Source of the DNA: Podarcis tiliguerta
Lineage: Eukaryota
NCBI GenBank assembly: GCA_965153285.1
Contig: OZ229118.1
Length of the DNA stretch: 64,000 bases
Strand: one strand, 5' to 3'
Shown: one piece after another, positions 63,825 to 64,000 of the stretch
How the letters are laid out: each line of letters opens with the position of its first letter
Position numbering within the stretch: the first letter of the stretch is position 1
The notes under the pieces: generated by a model
Told to the model about the DNA's origin: nothing
Databases searched by the model: none
What the model saw: only the letters and a program-made list of their open reading frames with translations
Program-made: the position numbers and the translations under genes

Positions 63825-64000
63825 CCATATATACTGATGTATAAGCCAAACCGAATATAAGCTGAGGCACCTGATTTTAGCACAAAAAACTGGGAAAACT
63901 TATTGACTCGAGTATAAGCCGGTTCACCACACCACAAACCTCCTGGTGGTGGCAAAGGCGGAGGAGGAGGAAGGAGCAGCCTGAAAGGACCCTCACTCAA
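63825..64000 (+). mobile_element. Tc1/mariner MITE left part, cut by window edge
   Basis: TA|CCATATATACTGATGTATAAGCC...GACTCGAGTATAAGCCG repeated terminal motif. Confidence 0.75.

Noticed and set aside
1-64000. CRISPR arrays, operons, rRNA or other prokaryotic or viral systems
   Set aside because: None seen; the window is vertebrate intronic DNA and its repeats are dispersed transposons or simple repeats without a repeat-spacer structure.

Overview
This is eukaryotic DNA from a squamate reptile, most likely a lacertid lizard judging by its SINE families. The whole window appears to lie inside the large + strand gene CCSER1 (FAM190A). Only two coding exons are present: 20270-20363 (94 nt) and 47298-47418 (121 nt), separated by a 26.9-kb intron. 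The rest is intronic and dense with transposon relics: Sauria, POM/Squam2-type and Squam3-type SINEs, Bov-B, CR1, L2 and Rex1/Babar LINE fragments, two solo LTRs with intact 5-bp target-site duplications (TSDs), many hAT and Tc1/mariner MITEs, and microsatellites. Nearly all ORFs in the supplied track are spurious or repeat-derived. The best leads are (i) a candidate in-frame 9-nt microexon or recursive splice site 1 kb after the second exon, (ii) a second recursive-splice-like site at 25601, (iii) two same-family mariner MITEs bracketing the 94-nt exon, one carrying CpG-island-like cargo with a Kozak ATG, (iv) ETS/NRF1 promoter motifs inside unrelated MITEs, (v) a nested dsRNA-forming arrangement at 2.5-4 kb, and (vi) a 22-bp hairpin at 31276. 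All are hypotheses from sequence reading alone; no new biological system is established. Repeat family names and human CCSER1 details are recalled and need database confirmation.
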